Positions 52,701-64,000 of a DNA stretch of 64,000 bases are shown here, in pieces. This stretch comes from Mobula hypostoma. Lineage: Eukaryota. The notes under the pieces were generated by a model, which worked only from the letters and a program-made list of their open reading frames with translations, was not told where the DNA came from and did not search any database. The stretch's first letter is position 1; the number at the start of each line of letters is the position of its first letter. Where the stretch lies: the NCBI RefSeq assembly GCF_963921235.1, contig NC_086097.1, positions 152,398,001 through 152,462,000 of the forward strand, given 5' to 3'. The position numbers were made by a program, and so were the translations under genes.

Positions 52701-54473
52701 GAGATCTGTGACCTGACCCATTTCATTACCTAGTACAGATCTAGTACGGCATTCCCCTGGTCGGCCTGTCCACATACTGTGACAGGAATCCGTCCTGGAC
52801 ACACTTAACAAACTCTGCCCCATCTAAACCCTTGGAACTAATCAGGTGCCAATCAATATTAGGGAAGTTAAAGTCACCCATGATAACAACCCTGTTATTT
52901 TTGCACCTTTCCAAAATCTGCCTCCCAATCTGCTCCTCTGTATCTCTGCTGCCACCAGGGGGCCTATAGAGTACCCCCAGTAGAGTAACTTCTCCCTTCC
53001 TGTTCCTGACTTCCACCCATATTGACTCAAAAGAGGATCCTGCTACATTACCCACCCTTTCTGTAGCTGTAATAGTATCCGTGACCAGTAATGCCACCCC
53101 TCCTCCACCTATTCCGCCCTCCCTATCCCTTTTAAAGCACTGAAATCCAGGAATATTGAGAATCCATTCCTGCTCTGGTGCCAGCCAAGTCTCTGTAATG
53201 GTCACTACATCATAATTCCATGTATGTATTCAAGCTGTCAGTTCATCACCTTTGTTCCTGATGCTTCTTGCATTGAGGTACACACATTTCAGCCCTTCTA
53301 CCTTACTGTCTTTACACCGTTTATTCTGCTTCTCTTTCATCAAAGCCTCTCTATATGTTACATCTGGCTTTACTCCATGCACTTCTTTCACTGCTCTATC
53401 GCTCTGGGTCCCATCCCCCTTGCAAATTAGTTTAAACCCTCCCGAACCATGCTAGCAAACCTACCTGCAAGGATATTGCTCCTCCTTGAGTTCAGGTGCA
53501 ACCCATCCAATCTGTACAGGTCCCACCTTCCCTAGAAGAGATCCCAATGATCTAAAAATCTAAAACCCTGCTCCCTGCACCAACTCCTCAGCCAAGCATT
53601 CAACTGCCATCTCCTCCAATTCTTACCATCACTGTGACGTAGCACTGGCAGCAATCCTGAGAACGCCACCCTTGAGGTCCTGCTCTTCAGCCTTCTGCCT
53701 AGTTCCCGAAACTCACACATCAGGACCTCATCCTTCTTCCTGCCTATGTCGTTGGTCCCAACATGTATCACGACTTCTGGTTGCTTTCCCTCTAGTACCA
53801 GGATGTCGTGCACCCGGTCAGAGACACCCCAGACCCTGGCACCCGGGAGGCAACAAACCATGCGGGCATCCATCTCACATCCACAAAATCTCCTGTCTGC
53901 TTCTCTGACTATAGAGTCTCCAATGACCACAGCTCTCCTCTTCTCCGTCCCACCCTTCTACACCACAGGGTCAGCCTCAGTGCCGGAGGCCCTGCCACTG
54001 TGGCTCACACCTGGTCGGTGGTTCCCGCCAACAGTATCCAGGATGGTAAACTTATTATTCAGGGGAATGGCTACAGGGGTGCTCTACACTACCTGTCTGC
54101 TCACCTTCGCTTTCCCCCCTCTGACTGTCACCCAACGACCTGCTTCTGACAGCCTAGGTGTGAAACCCCGACACTTCCCCAAATATCCCGCATAGTGCTC
54201 TGGCTCTGGTACATGAGGCTCTCTGGGCGAGAATGTTGGTGAAGCTAGGGGGGTTGCCACTACAGGCTATCTGGGCTGGCTAGGCTGGGTTCCAGGAGTG
54301 GGTTGATTGAAATGAGTGGAGACATGGTCCACCTGGTTACCGATCTGCGTGACGTGAGCAGACAGGGAACGGAGTTTCTCCACGACCTCCCGGAGGAGTT
54401 GGTCGTACTGTCCCAGTAGGGAACCCTGGCTGGCGAAGGCTTGTTGAAGAGTGTTTGTGTCTGCTGGGTCCAT
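49731..54473 (-). pseudogene. Gypsy gag (PEG10/sushi-like), split by the CR1 between ...GKCRGF and VLQCSLVF...
   Basis: ATG at 54473 (MDPADTNTLQQAF), capsid-like QGSRSVAEYSVEF, and a CCHC knuckle. Confidence 0.9.
50433..54161 (-). mobile_element. Young CR1 LINE, 5'-truncated within ORF1, inserted in gag
   Basis: Esterase: MVIGDSIVR...HVGTNDIG. APE: ITETWL...MGDFNFP. RT: MDFSKAFDKVPH, KFADDTK. Only about one frameshift and two stops in ORF2. (GAACATA)n tail. A 3-bp gaa duplication restores the gag frame. Confidence 0.96.
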
Positions 54474-54477
54474 GGTG

Positions 54478-54488
54478 GTCAGATCGTT
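54478..54488 (-). promoter_or_regulatory. Self-priming PBS of the Gypsy element
   Basis: AACGATCTGAC (- strand) lies 1 nt after the 5' LTR and is complementary to GCCAGATCGTT (54739-54749) inside that LTR. Confidence 0.8.
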
Positions 54489-54489
54489 C

Positions 54490-54887
54490 TGTTGTGGAGA
54501 ATGGGTGAACCCAAACGCAGGACTCTGGCACGGAGATAGAGTTGGGATACAGATGAGGGCATGAGCTTGGCTGGAGCTGAGCGGCAAACAGGAGGATGAA
54601 CGGAAAGGCAGGCAGCAGGCAATGCTACTCTTGACACAAAGTGACAGAGTTAACACAGGCAAACCTCAGTACTAAAACAAAACATAGAATGCACAATTCT
54701 AAGCAGCCGGGAACATGAATTACCACACTGGCTGAAACAACGATCTGGCAATGAGTGGATGCAAAGCCAGGGTATTTATGCTGCAGGTTTAGATGAGAAT
54801 CAGATGTACTGCAATCAAGGAGCTCGGGAGAACACGGGGAAAAGGGAATTAGGAGAATATGAGGAATCAATGGTCGGGACTGTGACG
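54490..54887 (-). repeat. 5' LTR of the Gypsy element
   Basis: About 398 bp. TATA-like CATAAATA on the - strand at 54773-54780. Followed by the PBS and the gag ATG. Confidence 0.92.
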
Positions 54888-57424
54888 GAATGACTAAAGA
54901 ATAGAAAACTAGATTAGAGAAAAGGGTTGTAGGGGGATTATGATGGCCGTGGGTATTGAGAAGAGAAATATTGGCAGGGGGCATTTGTATGTCTGTAAGC
55001 CCAATCATTATTTGTAAAATCTTGTCACATCATCTGTTAGACATTCATGAAAGAATTTATGAACAAGTTTCTTTTGATGTTCAAATGTTATAATCTACTG
55101 AAGTACAGAAGCCTGAAAATGCACACTAAATGTTTTAGGAACACCGTCTTCCCCTCTGCTATCAGATTTTTGAATGGTCCATGAACCCTATGAAAACTAA
55201 TTCTCTATATTGCTCTTTTTTTTAACATTTTATCTATCTGTCTGCCTATCTATTTGCTTCTCTCTCCATCTATCTATCCATCCGACTACCCACCCATCCA
55301 TCCATTGGACTATTTAATTATTTATTTTCATAACGTATAGTAATTTTTTTAATAAATTGTACTCTGCTGCTGCTGCAGAACAGCAAATTTGGCATTGATA
55401 ATAAACCTGATTCTGATTTTGAGTACAAGGCAGTCTTGTGTTTCTTTCCTCTCTTAAACCCCATCTGTCTAATTTCTGAATATTTTTTAAGGGTGGTGGC
55501 AAAGACATAAGGGGACATTAGATAGGCACATAGGTAACAGAAAAGTGAAAGGCTACGTAGGAGGGAAGGGTTAGATTGATCCTGGAGTTGACACCACATT
55601 GTGGACCAAAGTTCCTGTACTCTGCTGTATTGTTCTATGTTATACTTAAATAGCAAACACAAAACCCCTCCAGCTACTGGAATTCTCAAATAAAATCAGA
55701 AAGTGTATCGGAAAGTAGTCAGAAGGTCTGGCAGCATTTGTGCACAATGAACAATGGAGTCAAACTTTTATTTGAACTGGAAAACTGAGAACTCCAAACA
55801 ACTTGAGAAATATAGCATTACATTAGTTTTGATTACAACTGACCTTTCCTTGACAATGTAGCCCTCTATGGCACATTGATTTGGCATTATAATCTGCAGA
55901 TCTGTAGCAAGGAAATCAAAAGCAATGCCATTAAATGACTGACAACTCCTGCCCCTTCTTCTAAAAATAAATCTTTATAACAACTGAATCGAAGCACAAA
56001 TAAGATTGTATGGGGAAAATTTTACTGGATTAGCAACAATCACTGCAAACCAGATGTCATTGCTCAGAGATGAATCTCTAACTTTCCACACCTGTGACCG
56101 AGCTGTTCAACTGTGTGATTCTTATGATTTCCCATTTACTCACCTCGGAGTCGGTCTGATCTTTTATCAGCTTTGACATGACCAGGAATCATATAAATAA
56201 ATGCAGTCATTTCTTTGCTAAATGGAAAAGGGAAACAGAAAATTATAAATAAGGAGAAAAGTAACTATCAATTAAAAGCTGAGAAAAAGATGATAAAGAA
56301 ATGTCTAAAATAGTGAAAAGCTTAGAAAGAAATCGAGAGAATGAGATTGATTAAACACAGGTAGCAGTACTTTGATTACATTTCCTAAATTTGTCTAATT
56401 TCCTGTCCTATTTCCAGTCGTATATATGTATCATTCAGAATATTAAGCACAACACAAGATGCTGTATGAGGAATAAAGCAGGCTGAATATGAGAGTCAAA
56501 TTTAATGATCAATTGAGACATAATTTTTCTTCCAGTCAGGCGTGTTTAAAACTCCTTTTTCAAACAAAATAACGCTGCAGAAAGCAGACAGTGTGATAAG
56601 AAAACACTGAATTTGCGAACACATTTAAAAAAAAATTCGTCAATGCAATGAGCTTTCTTTGCTGTGCAGTCAGCCATCCCACAAGCCATCACTGTGACTG
56701 ACTGATAAGGGCACTTCAAATGCTGAAAGCTCTAATCTTCAAAAGACGCTGAAAAATTCCAAGAAAATTTCAAGGGGCAGATTACTGTGATTGAAGTGAG
56801 CTGTAAATGCCACTTACTGTGGAAAACCCACTTCACATAAAGCACAACTAACTGCTAAACAGTTTGACTCAATAAAGTGTATTGCTCACAGTGCCAAATG
56901 AGTAAAAAAGGATTAGATATATTTTTTTAAATATCAGATTTAAAGTGATTTTAATGCTACAATAAATCATTGCAGTCCCTGTTTTAAATAGTAATCAAGA
57001 AAAATGTTCAATAATCATTTTTATAATAATGTTATTAAATGGAAATAGAGCATTATAATATAAAAGGATGTTTCACAATCTATTTCACAGATTATTTGAA
57101 GTAGTGGAACCTAAATTGTAACAGGAATGCATTTAATTCATACTAAACAATATCGATTAAAAATAGAAACAAATTTCTATCCTAGCATGCTCTGTGGAAC
57201 CAAAGGACTCTTTAAAGCATGTAGAGAGCTGAAGAAAATTAATTGTTTCCTTCTTAGAACTCTGTCACAACATTGCTTCAATCATTTCTCGATTTATTCC
57301 CAAAATCTTTGGATATGTTAATATTCAAAATGAAGCTTGTGTAAAAACCATTCATCAGCTTGATGAATGCAGAGCTCTTTTCATCTAAATGTGAATTGTT
57401 GTCATAACTTCAATCGTATGAAGC

Positions 57425-57880
57425 GAGGGGTAGAAGTAGGAGTACGCCATTCATTCATTCATTCATCTCTGTTCCACCATTGTATGAGATCAAAACTGAT
57501 TGCTTACCTTGTGAGATTTTCCTGATCTAGAACAAAGTCCTATGATTTTATTAATATCTCAAAATCTTTTGATTTTTGTCTCAAATACATTCAGCAACTG
57601 AGTCTCCATGGTCCTTTTGATTAGAGAATTCCAAAGACTTACCAGCCTTTAGATGAAGAAATTTCATCACATCTCTCCCTGGATGGTCTGTCACTTATTT
57701 TGAGACTATGATCCCAGCCAGAAGATTATCAAATCTCCATCTACTCTGCAAGCTCCATAAGAATTTACTCTACTGTGATTTTATTTCTAACCTCATGAGG
57801 ATGCAGGTCTAGTCTGCTTAATGTCTGCTAATATGATGAAATTGCCTTTAAAGCTGATGAGTTATTGTACTACACCCTCC
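57425..57880 (-). mobile_element. Old CR1 3' fragment
   Basis: agaagtaggagtacgccattc tail, with degenerate agagaattccaaaga...gaagaaattt. Confidence 0.65.
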
Positions 57881-58039
57881 TAAATTGTCTACATAATATT
57901 CCATCCATAGTCTGACAAACAAGAATTGATTTTCTTGAGTGGACGATGCACTAATTCATTAACACAGTGTGCTAATTTGCTAGGATAGCATTTTCCTGGG
58001 GCATTTCAAGATAAAGAAGGAGGTAATGTAGGGTCTCTA

Positions 58040-58525
58040 AAAGAACAATAAGATGGATATCCCTAGGTTATTGAGAGAGGCAAGAGATAAGATTGCTGAG
58101 TTTTTGAGGTAGCGAGGTACCTGTGGGTCCTCTTTAGCCCGAGGTGAGATCCCTGCAGACTGTGGAGTAGCAATATTGAAGAAGGGAAATAAGGAAAATC
58201 TTGGAAACTTTGGGCCAGTAAGTCTCATTCATGTCAGTGGTAGGAAGTTACTGAGGAGGATTCTTAGGGGTAGGATTTATGAACAATTGGAAAAACATGG
58301 CCTAATTAGGAACTGTTAGCATTCCTTTGTGCGGGGGAAGTCATGCTTATCGAGGAGGTGACAAGGGTGATTGATGAAGCTAGAGCTGTGGATGTTATCT
58401 GCATGAATTATAATAAGACATTTGACAAGGTCCCTCATGGGAGTCTCACACAGATGATTAATATGAATGGGATCCAAGGTGATATGGCCATTTGGATACA
58501 TAACTGGCTTGCCCATGGAAAACAG
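58040..58525 (+). mobile_element. CR1 ORF2 internal fragment
   Basis: EEVTRVIDEARAVDVICMNYNKTFDKVPHG. Confidence 0.85.
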
Positions 58526-59047
58526 AGATTAGATTAGATTAGATTATGAGGACACTCAGTCCTCGCTTATTGTCATTTAGTAATGCATGCATTAAAAAAT
58601 GACACAATATTCCTCCAGAAGGATATCACAGAAACACAGGACAAATCAAGACTAAAACTGACAAAACACATAATTATAACATATAGTTACAATAGTGCAA
58701 AGCAATACCATAATTTGATAAAGAGCAGACCATGGGCACGGTAATAAAAGTCTCAAGCCCCAATAGGCCCATCATCTCACGCAGACGGTAGAAAGGAGAA
58801 ACTCTCTCTGCCATGAACCCCCAAGTGCTGCAAACTTGCCGATGCATTGGAAGCACCCGACCGCAGCCGACTTTGAGTCTGTCTGAAAAACTTCGAGCCT
58901 CCGACCAGCCCTCCGACACTGAGCACCGAGCACCATCTCTGCTGAGCGCTTCGACCCCGTCCTGGCCGTCAAGCAACAAACAAAGTCGAGGACTCGGGGC
59001 CTTCCCCTCCAGAGATTCTGGATCACACAGTAGCAGCGGCAGCGGGG
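58526..59047 (-). mobile_element. Young non-coding retroposon (SINE-like) with a (TAATC)n tail
   Basis: (gatta)4 sits at the left end next to a CpG-rich body and interrupts the CR1 fragment. Family not identified. Confidence 0.55.
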
Positions 59048-60521
59048 AGGTTGGGATTTGCAAGTTTTTGCTTATTTTTCCTTTCATTCAGGGCAGGAGT
59101 GTAATTGATGTCTTTCTCCCAACTACCACTATGTTTTTTTATATTTTATGCCTATCTGCAAAAGACAAATCTCAGTGCTTTATTCTGCATACATAATTTG
59201 ATAACAAAATGAACCTTTGAAACTTTGAAGCAGACAAGTTTGAGATAAAAATAGTACAGTTAAGTTGGTTGATGATGGAAGGCTTGCCTAAATCAAATTA
59301 TCATGGATGTGATTTTTGTAATGCAACATTAGAAGAGTTACAAACTTTGGCAATCTGAAAGAGCCTACCTCTGTTCCCCTATACCCATTATATTCATGGG
59401 AAGTGGCTCCTCCAAGTGATTGCAGCAATGAGTTATTATCATAATCATCTAGTACACTGCACATGTGAATTATGTTGAAAGATAAAAGACAGTCTATATC
59501 GGTACTGTAGAGGGGAACATGCTCCCTTGTGTTTGCCAAGGTGAATAATGTTCAGAGGAAGACATAGAATAAAAGTGAGGAAGTTGAAGTTACAGTTGAG
59601 ACCATTAGCATATAGAGTTGCATAATTCCATATTTTGCATACATCATATAATCTTCAGGTTTCTTATAATATTTTATATTATTTGTACTGCTTGTATTCA
59701 TATTACCTTATTGTAACAATTTATCAGACTTAAACTTTTAAATGAGTTCAGGATTGTCCTGTTAAGTGGGTCTTGATTGGTTTATTTCCATATGGGTAGA
59801 TTTAGACTAAGCTCTAAAGCTACCCATATGTGTAGAAGGACACTCCTATTAGCCTCTCCTAATATTAAAAAGTGAGCAATTAGTTACTTTAAGGTTGGAA
59901 GTGCTGGCTGAGAAATAAATGGTAAGGAAAACTTCATGTATAGCATTTTATATTAATGAAAGATCAAAAAATTATTTTTATTAAGCCAGTATGCTTTGAA
60001 TAGTACCTTTAATAACCGGAGATAGGAACTCAATTTCAACATTCTAATGTAACTTTTGTTAATTTTGTTAATGGGTTTCTGCAAGTTTAAGTAGCCCATC
60101 GAGGACCAACACCTATTTGTCCACGTTTCTGTGTTCTTAAAAGAGTTGGTGACCAAGGGACAGCAATGTACAATCTGGGACTATGAGTTAGTATGAGAAA
60201 GGGCTGAAAACAGTAAAGTCATTGGGAGACCCCTGTTCTGGTGCATCCAGGTGAAGTGAAGGAGAACAGTTGCAAGAGAAGTTAGAGAAGGAAGAGTTTC
60301 CTCAGAGTGAAAAAAGAATGAAAACAATGGCATCATGCTGGAGAGGTTGGAAATTATGGGAAATATTTTTAAAAGTAGATATTAGTGAGAATGACTATGA
60401 TCCGATAGTCATGCAGTGGAAGTTTGGAAAATGGGACACACATACCTGAGGAGTTTGTCAGTCAAAACGGAATGGAATCCTCAGCTGAGGAGAAAAGGAA
60501 ATAGAATGGAGTACTGATGTC

Positions 60522-62846
60522 ATGTCAGCGTTGTCAGAACAGATGCAGAGGAGTCAGAGAAGCAGGGAGAATGAAACACACCCTTTCTGCGAAGACAAGG
60601 TAGTTGTAAGAGTGTGTCGACCCCCTCCCCCCTCTGATCCCAGCTCTCATCCGTGTCGGGTCTTTACCATCCCCTCCGACCCTCAACTGTTGGAGGCAGA
60701 ACGCTCTGTCCTCAATAAGGGCCTCACGTTTGTCCCCCTTCGCCCACACCTCAGCGAGTTCCGTGTTTGCCATGATGTGGAACTTTTCTTCCGCCGTCTC
60801 CGTCTCCGAGCCTACTTCTTCGGCAAGGACTCTTCCACCCCCACCGATGACCCCTTCTCCCGTCTTCAACCCTCCTCTTCTTCATGGACACCCCGCTCTG
60901 GTCTTGTGCCTGCTCTGGATCTCTTTATTGCTAACTGCCGACGGGACATCAACCGTCTCAACTTCACCGCACCTTGTCCCCATTCCAACCTCACTCCTTC
61001 GGAACGCTCGGCTCTCCACTCCCTCCGCACTAATCCTAACCTTATTATTAAACCCGCCGATAAGGGGGGTTCTGTTGTAGTCTGGCGCACTGACCTCTAC
61101 CTTGCCGAGGCACAGCGACAACTCGCGGATACCTCCTCTTATTTACCCCTCGATCGTGACCCCACTAAGGAGCACCAGGCCATGGTTTCCCACACCATCA
61201 CCGACTTTATCCGCTCAGGGGATCTCCCATCCACTGCTACCAACCTTATAGTTCCCACACCCCGCACTTCCCGTTTCTACCTCTTACCCAAGATCCACAA
61301 ACCTGCCTGTCCTGGCAGACCTATTGTCTCAGCTTGCTCCTGCCCCACCGAACTCGTTTCTGCATACCTCGACACGGTTTTATCACCCCTTGTTCAATCC
61401 CTTCCGACCTATGTTCGTGACACTTCTCACGCTTTTAAACTTTTCGATGATTTTAAGTTCCCTGGCCCCCACCGCTTTATTTTCGCCATGGATGTCCAGT
61501 CCTTATATACTTCCATCCCCCATCAGGAAGGTCTCAAAGCTCTACGCTTCTTTTTGGATTCCAGACCTAATCAGTTCCCCTCTACCACCACTCTGCTCCG
61601 TCTAGCGGAATTAGTCCTTACTCTTAATAATTTCTCCTTTGGCTCCTCCCACTTCCTCCAAACTAAAGGTGTAGCTATGGGCACCCGTATGGGTCCTAGC
61701 TATGCCTGCCTTTTTGTTGGGATTGTGGAACAATCTATGTTCCGTGCCTATTCTGGTATCTGTCCCCCACTTTTCCTTCGCTACATCGACGACTGCATTG
61801 GCGCTGCTTCCTGCACACATGCAGAACTCATTGACTTTATTAACTTTGCCTCCAACTTTCACCCTGCCCTCAAGTTTACCTGGTCCATTTCCGACACCTC
61901 CCTCCCCTTTCTAGATCTTTCAGTCTCTGTCTCTAGAGACAGCTTATCCACTGATGTCTACTATAAGCCTACTGACTCTCACAGCTATCTGGACTATTCC
62001 TCTTCTCACCCTATCTCTTGCAAAAACGCCATCCCCTTCTCGCAATTCCTCCGTCTCCGCCGCATCTGCTCTCAGGATGAAGCTTTTCATTCTAGGACGA
62101 GGGAGATGTCTTCCTTTTTTAAAGAAAGGGGCTTCCCTTCCTCCACTATCAACTCTGCTCTTAAACGCATCTCCCCCATTTCATGTACATCTGCTCTCAC
62201 TCCATCCTCCCGCCACCCCACTAGGAATAGGGTTCCCCTGGTCCTCACCTACCACCCCACCAGCCTCCGGGTCCAACATATTATTCTCCGTAACTTCCGC
62301 CACCTCCAACGGGGTCCCACCACTAAGCACATCTTTCCCTCCCCCTCTCTCTCTGCATTCCGCAGGGATCGCTCCCTACACAACTCCCTTGTCCATTCGT
62401 CCCCCCCATCCCTCCCCACTGATCTCCCTCCTGGCACTTATCCGTGTAAGCGGAACAAGTGCTACACATGCCCTTACACTTCCTCCCTTACCACCATTCA
62501 GGGTCCCAAACAGTCCTTCCAGGTGAGGCAACACTTCACCTGTGAGTCGACTGGGGTGATATACTGCGTCCGGTGCTCCCGATGTGGCCTTTTATATATT
62601 GGCGAGACCCGACGCAGACTGGGAGACCGTTTTGCTGAACATCTACGCTCTGTCCGCCAGAGAAAGCAGGATCTCCCAGTGGCCACACATTTTAATTCCA
62701 CATCCCATTCCCATTCTGACATGTCTATCCACGGCCTCCTCTACTGTAAAGATGAAGCCACACTCAGGTTGGAGGAACACCTTATATTCCGTCTGGGTAG
62801 CCTCCAACCTGATGGCATGAACATCGACTTCTCTAACTTCCGCTAA
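60522..62846 (+). CDS. PLE reverse transcriptase + GIY-YIG endonuclease ORF (774 aa; the first ~32 aa come from flanking DNA)
   Basis: IKPADKG, YLLPKIHK...GRPIVS, MDVQSLYTSI, QTKGVAMG, RYIDDC, the Cys linker CKRNKCYTC, and VIYCVRC...LYIGET...RFAEH. Confidence 0.92.
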   Translation: MSALSEQMQRSQRSRENETHPFCEDKVVVRVCRPPPPSDPSSHPCRVFTIPSDPQLLEAERSVLNKGLTFVPLRPHLSEFRVCHDVELFFRRLRLRAYFFGKDSSTPTDDPFSRLQPSSSSWTPRSGLVPALDLFIANCRRDINRLNFTAPCPHSNLTPSERSALHSLRTNPNLIIKPADKGGSVVVWRTDLYLAEAQRQLADTSSYLPLDRDPTKEHQAMVSHTITDFIRSGDLPSTATNLIVPTPRTSRFYLLPKIHKPACPGRPIVSACSCPTELVSAYLDTVLSPLVQSLPTYVRDTSHAFKLFDDFKFPGPHRFIFAMDVQSLYTSIPHQEGLKALRFFLDSRPNQFPSTTTLLRLAELVLTLNNFSFGSSHFLQTKGVAMGTRMGPSYACLFVGIVEQSMFRAYSGICPPLFLRYIDDCIGAASCTHAELIDFINFASNFHPALKFTWSISDTSLPFLDLSVSVSRDSLSTDVYYKPTDSHSYLDYSSSHPISCKNAIPFSQFLRLRRICSQDEAFHSRTREMSSFFKERGFPSSTINSALKRISPISCTSALTPSSRHPTRNRVPLVLTYHPTSLRVQHIILRNFRHLQRGPTTKHIFPSPSLSAFRRDRSLHNSLVHSSPPSLPTDLPPGTYPCKRNKCYTCPYTSSLTTIQGPKQSFQVRQHFTCESTGVIYCVRCSRCGLLYIGETRRRLGDRFAEHLRSVRQRKQDLPVATHFNSTSHSHSDMSIHGLLYCKDEATLRLEEHLIFRLGSLQPDGMNIDFSNFR

Positions 62847-63239
62847 GGCCCCACCTCCCCCTCGTACCCCATCTGTTACTTATTTTTATGCACACATTCT
62901 TTCTCTCACTCTCCTTTTTCTCCCTCTGTCCCTCTGAATATACCTCTTGCCCATCCTCTGGGTCCCCCCCCCCACCTCCTTGTCTTTCTTCCCGGACCTC
63001 CTGTCCCATGATCTTCTTGTATCCCCTTTTGCCTATCACCTGTCCAGGTCTTGGCTCTATCCCTCCCCCTCCTGTCTTCTCCTATCATTTTGCATCTCCC
63101 CCTCCCCCTCCAGCTTTCAAATCCCTTACTCACTCTTCCTTCAGTTAGTCCTGACGAAGGGTCTCGGCCTGAAACGTCGACTGCGCCTCTTCCTATAGAT
63201 GCTGCTTGGCCTGCTGCGTTCACCAGCAACTTTGATGTG
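60618..63239 (+). mobile_element. Young 5'-truncated Penelope-like element (probably Neptune clade) with 16-bp TSD
   Basis: Flanked by agttgtaagagtgtgt (60602-60617) and agttgtcagagtgtgt (63240-63255). Contains an RT + GIY-YIG frame and a 3' UTR with a hammerhead. Confidence 0.96.
63147..63182 (+). ncRNA. Minimal type-I hammerhead ribozyme with intact core
   Basis: AGTC-CTGACGA-AGG-gtctcgg-CCT-GAAA-C-GTC^GACT. Stem I is AGUC/GACU, stem II is AGG/CCU, a palindromic ACGU replaces stem III, and cleavage is predicted after C63178. Confidence 0.88.
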
Positions 63240-63477
63240 AGTTGTCAGAGTGTGTATAGTTACAGCAAACACTAGTTGCCAGCTTATCCTAAGAAACAAC
63301 AATTGATATATTGAGCAGAGTAAGGGCTGTGTGAAGGCAAGGAGGGATTTGTAGAAATTGGAAACACATTTGAAGACTGGTTTGTTAACCTCTTCACTGA
63401 TACAACAGGAAAAAGAGACCATTATAAAAATATCCTGCTCAAACTTCAATGACCACACCAGCTAAAAGTGAACTACT

Positions 63478-63875
63478 GGAACTGTTTCCCTTTTCCAGAG
63501 TTAGGGTAGATTCCAGATATTCAAATGTGCGTCCAGCTGTATTTGAATCCACTGAGGGCTTCTACCTCCACAGCCTTTACATCCAATGAGTTTAAGCTCC
63601 TTACCAGTTACTGGATAAAATGTTTTTATGAAAAACACTTTAAGACAAATAATTTTCTCCTGTTCAGTTTTATGTATCACATTGAAATCTTGGCTCATGT
63701 GCAGTATTCAGAATAAAACAGACCCTAGTCTAGAATGCTCCAATCCTGCAAACAGTCTTACCTACATATTCTGTAGCGTGGTTCTGGAAACATATTCAAT
63801 ACTTCAGCTGGGTCTTAGCTAGTTTTCAACTGTATACTTGCATTACATTTGCATTCTTATCCACTTTATCCACCT
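63478..63875 (-). mobile_element. Old CR1 fragment
   Basis: Degenerate similarity to the CR1 ORF2 end (gcttctacctccacagcc..., acatattcaatacttcagctggg). Confidence 0.5.
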
Positions 63876-64000
63876 CACAGAGAAGTGAGGAAGGAGACCT
63901 GTAAGAATGGAATGAAGAATATTCCTCCATTAGCTTTGGGCTGACTCACTGAACAGAGCTAGCAATCTTGTCACAACTTCCATTCTAGGGAATTCAAGAT

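Noticed and set aside
49962..54473. Domesticated PEG10/RTL-like gene
   Set aside because: LTRs, PBS and PPT are retained, and gag-pol is broken by frameshifts and a LINE. It is an ordinary decayed retrotransposon.
57349..57369. Perfect 9-bp hairpin cattcatca-gct-tgatgaatg
   Set aside because: AT-rich and isolated, so it is plausible by chance in 64 kb.
60522..62846. Telomerase, retron or group II intron RT
   Set aside because: The C-terminal GIY-YIG, DKG motif, TSD and multiple decayed paralogues identify a PLE.

Overview
A 64-kb eukaryotic window made up mostly of transposable elements, intergenic or intronic, with no host gene I can identify. The repeat mix (CR1/HER1-like LINEs, HE1/V-SINEs, Rex1/Babar, RTE, Neptune-type Penelope, sushi-type chromovirus) suggests a cartilaginous fish, though that is inference. 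It opens with 8.3 kb of almost pure G/A sequence. It then holds nested insertions: a Penelope 3' end interrupted by a CR1 that is itself interrupted by a solo LTR; a CR1 with two nested LTRs; and a two-LTR chromoviral Gypsy element (45969-54887) carrying a young CR1 inside gag. Near the end is a young Penelope-like element (60618-63239) with an uninterrupted RT + GIY-YIG frame and a 16-bp TSD. The main signal is RNA-level. This element carries an intact minimal type-I hammerhead ribozyme in its 3' UTR (63147-63182). About eight degenerate copies of the same hammerhead-plus-tail module are scattered through the window, including an 87-bp stand-alone TSD-flanked unit and two head-to-head inverted pairs. 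The Gypsy element also keeps the Tf1/sushi self-priming signature. Coordinates were read by eye, and repeat boundaries are approximate unless a TSD is quoted.
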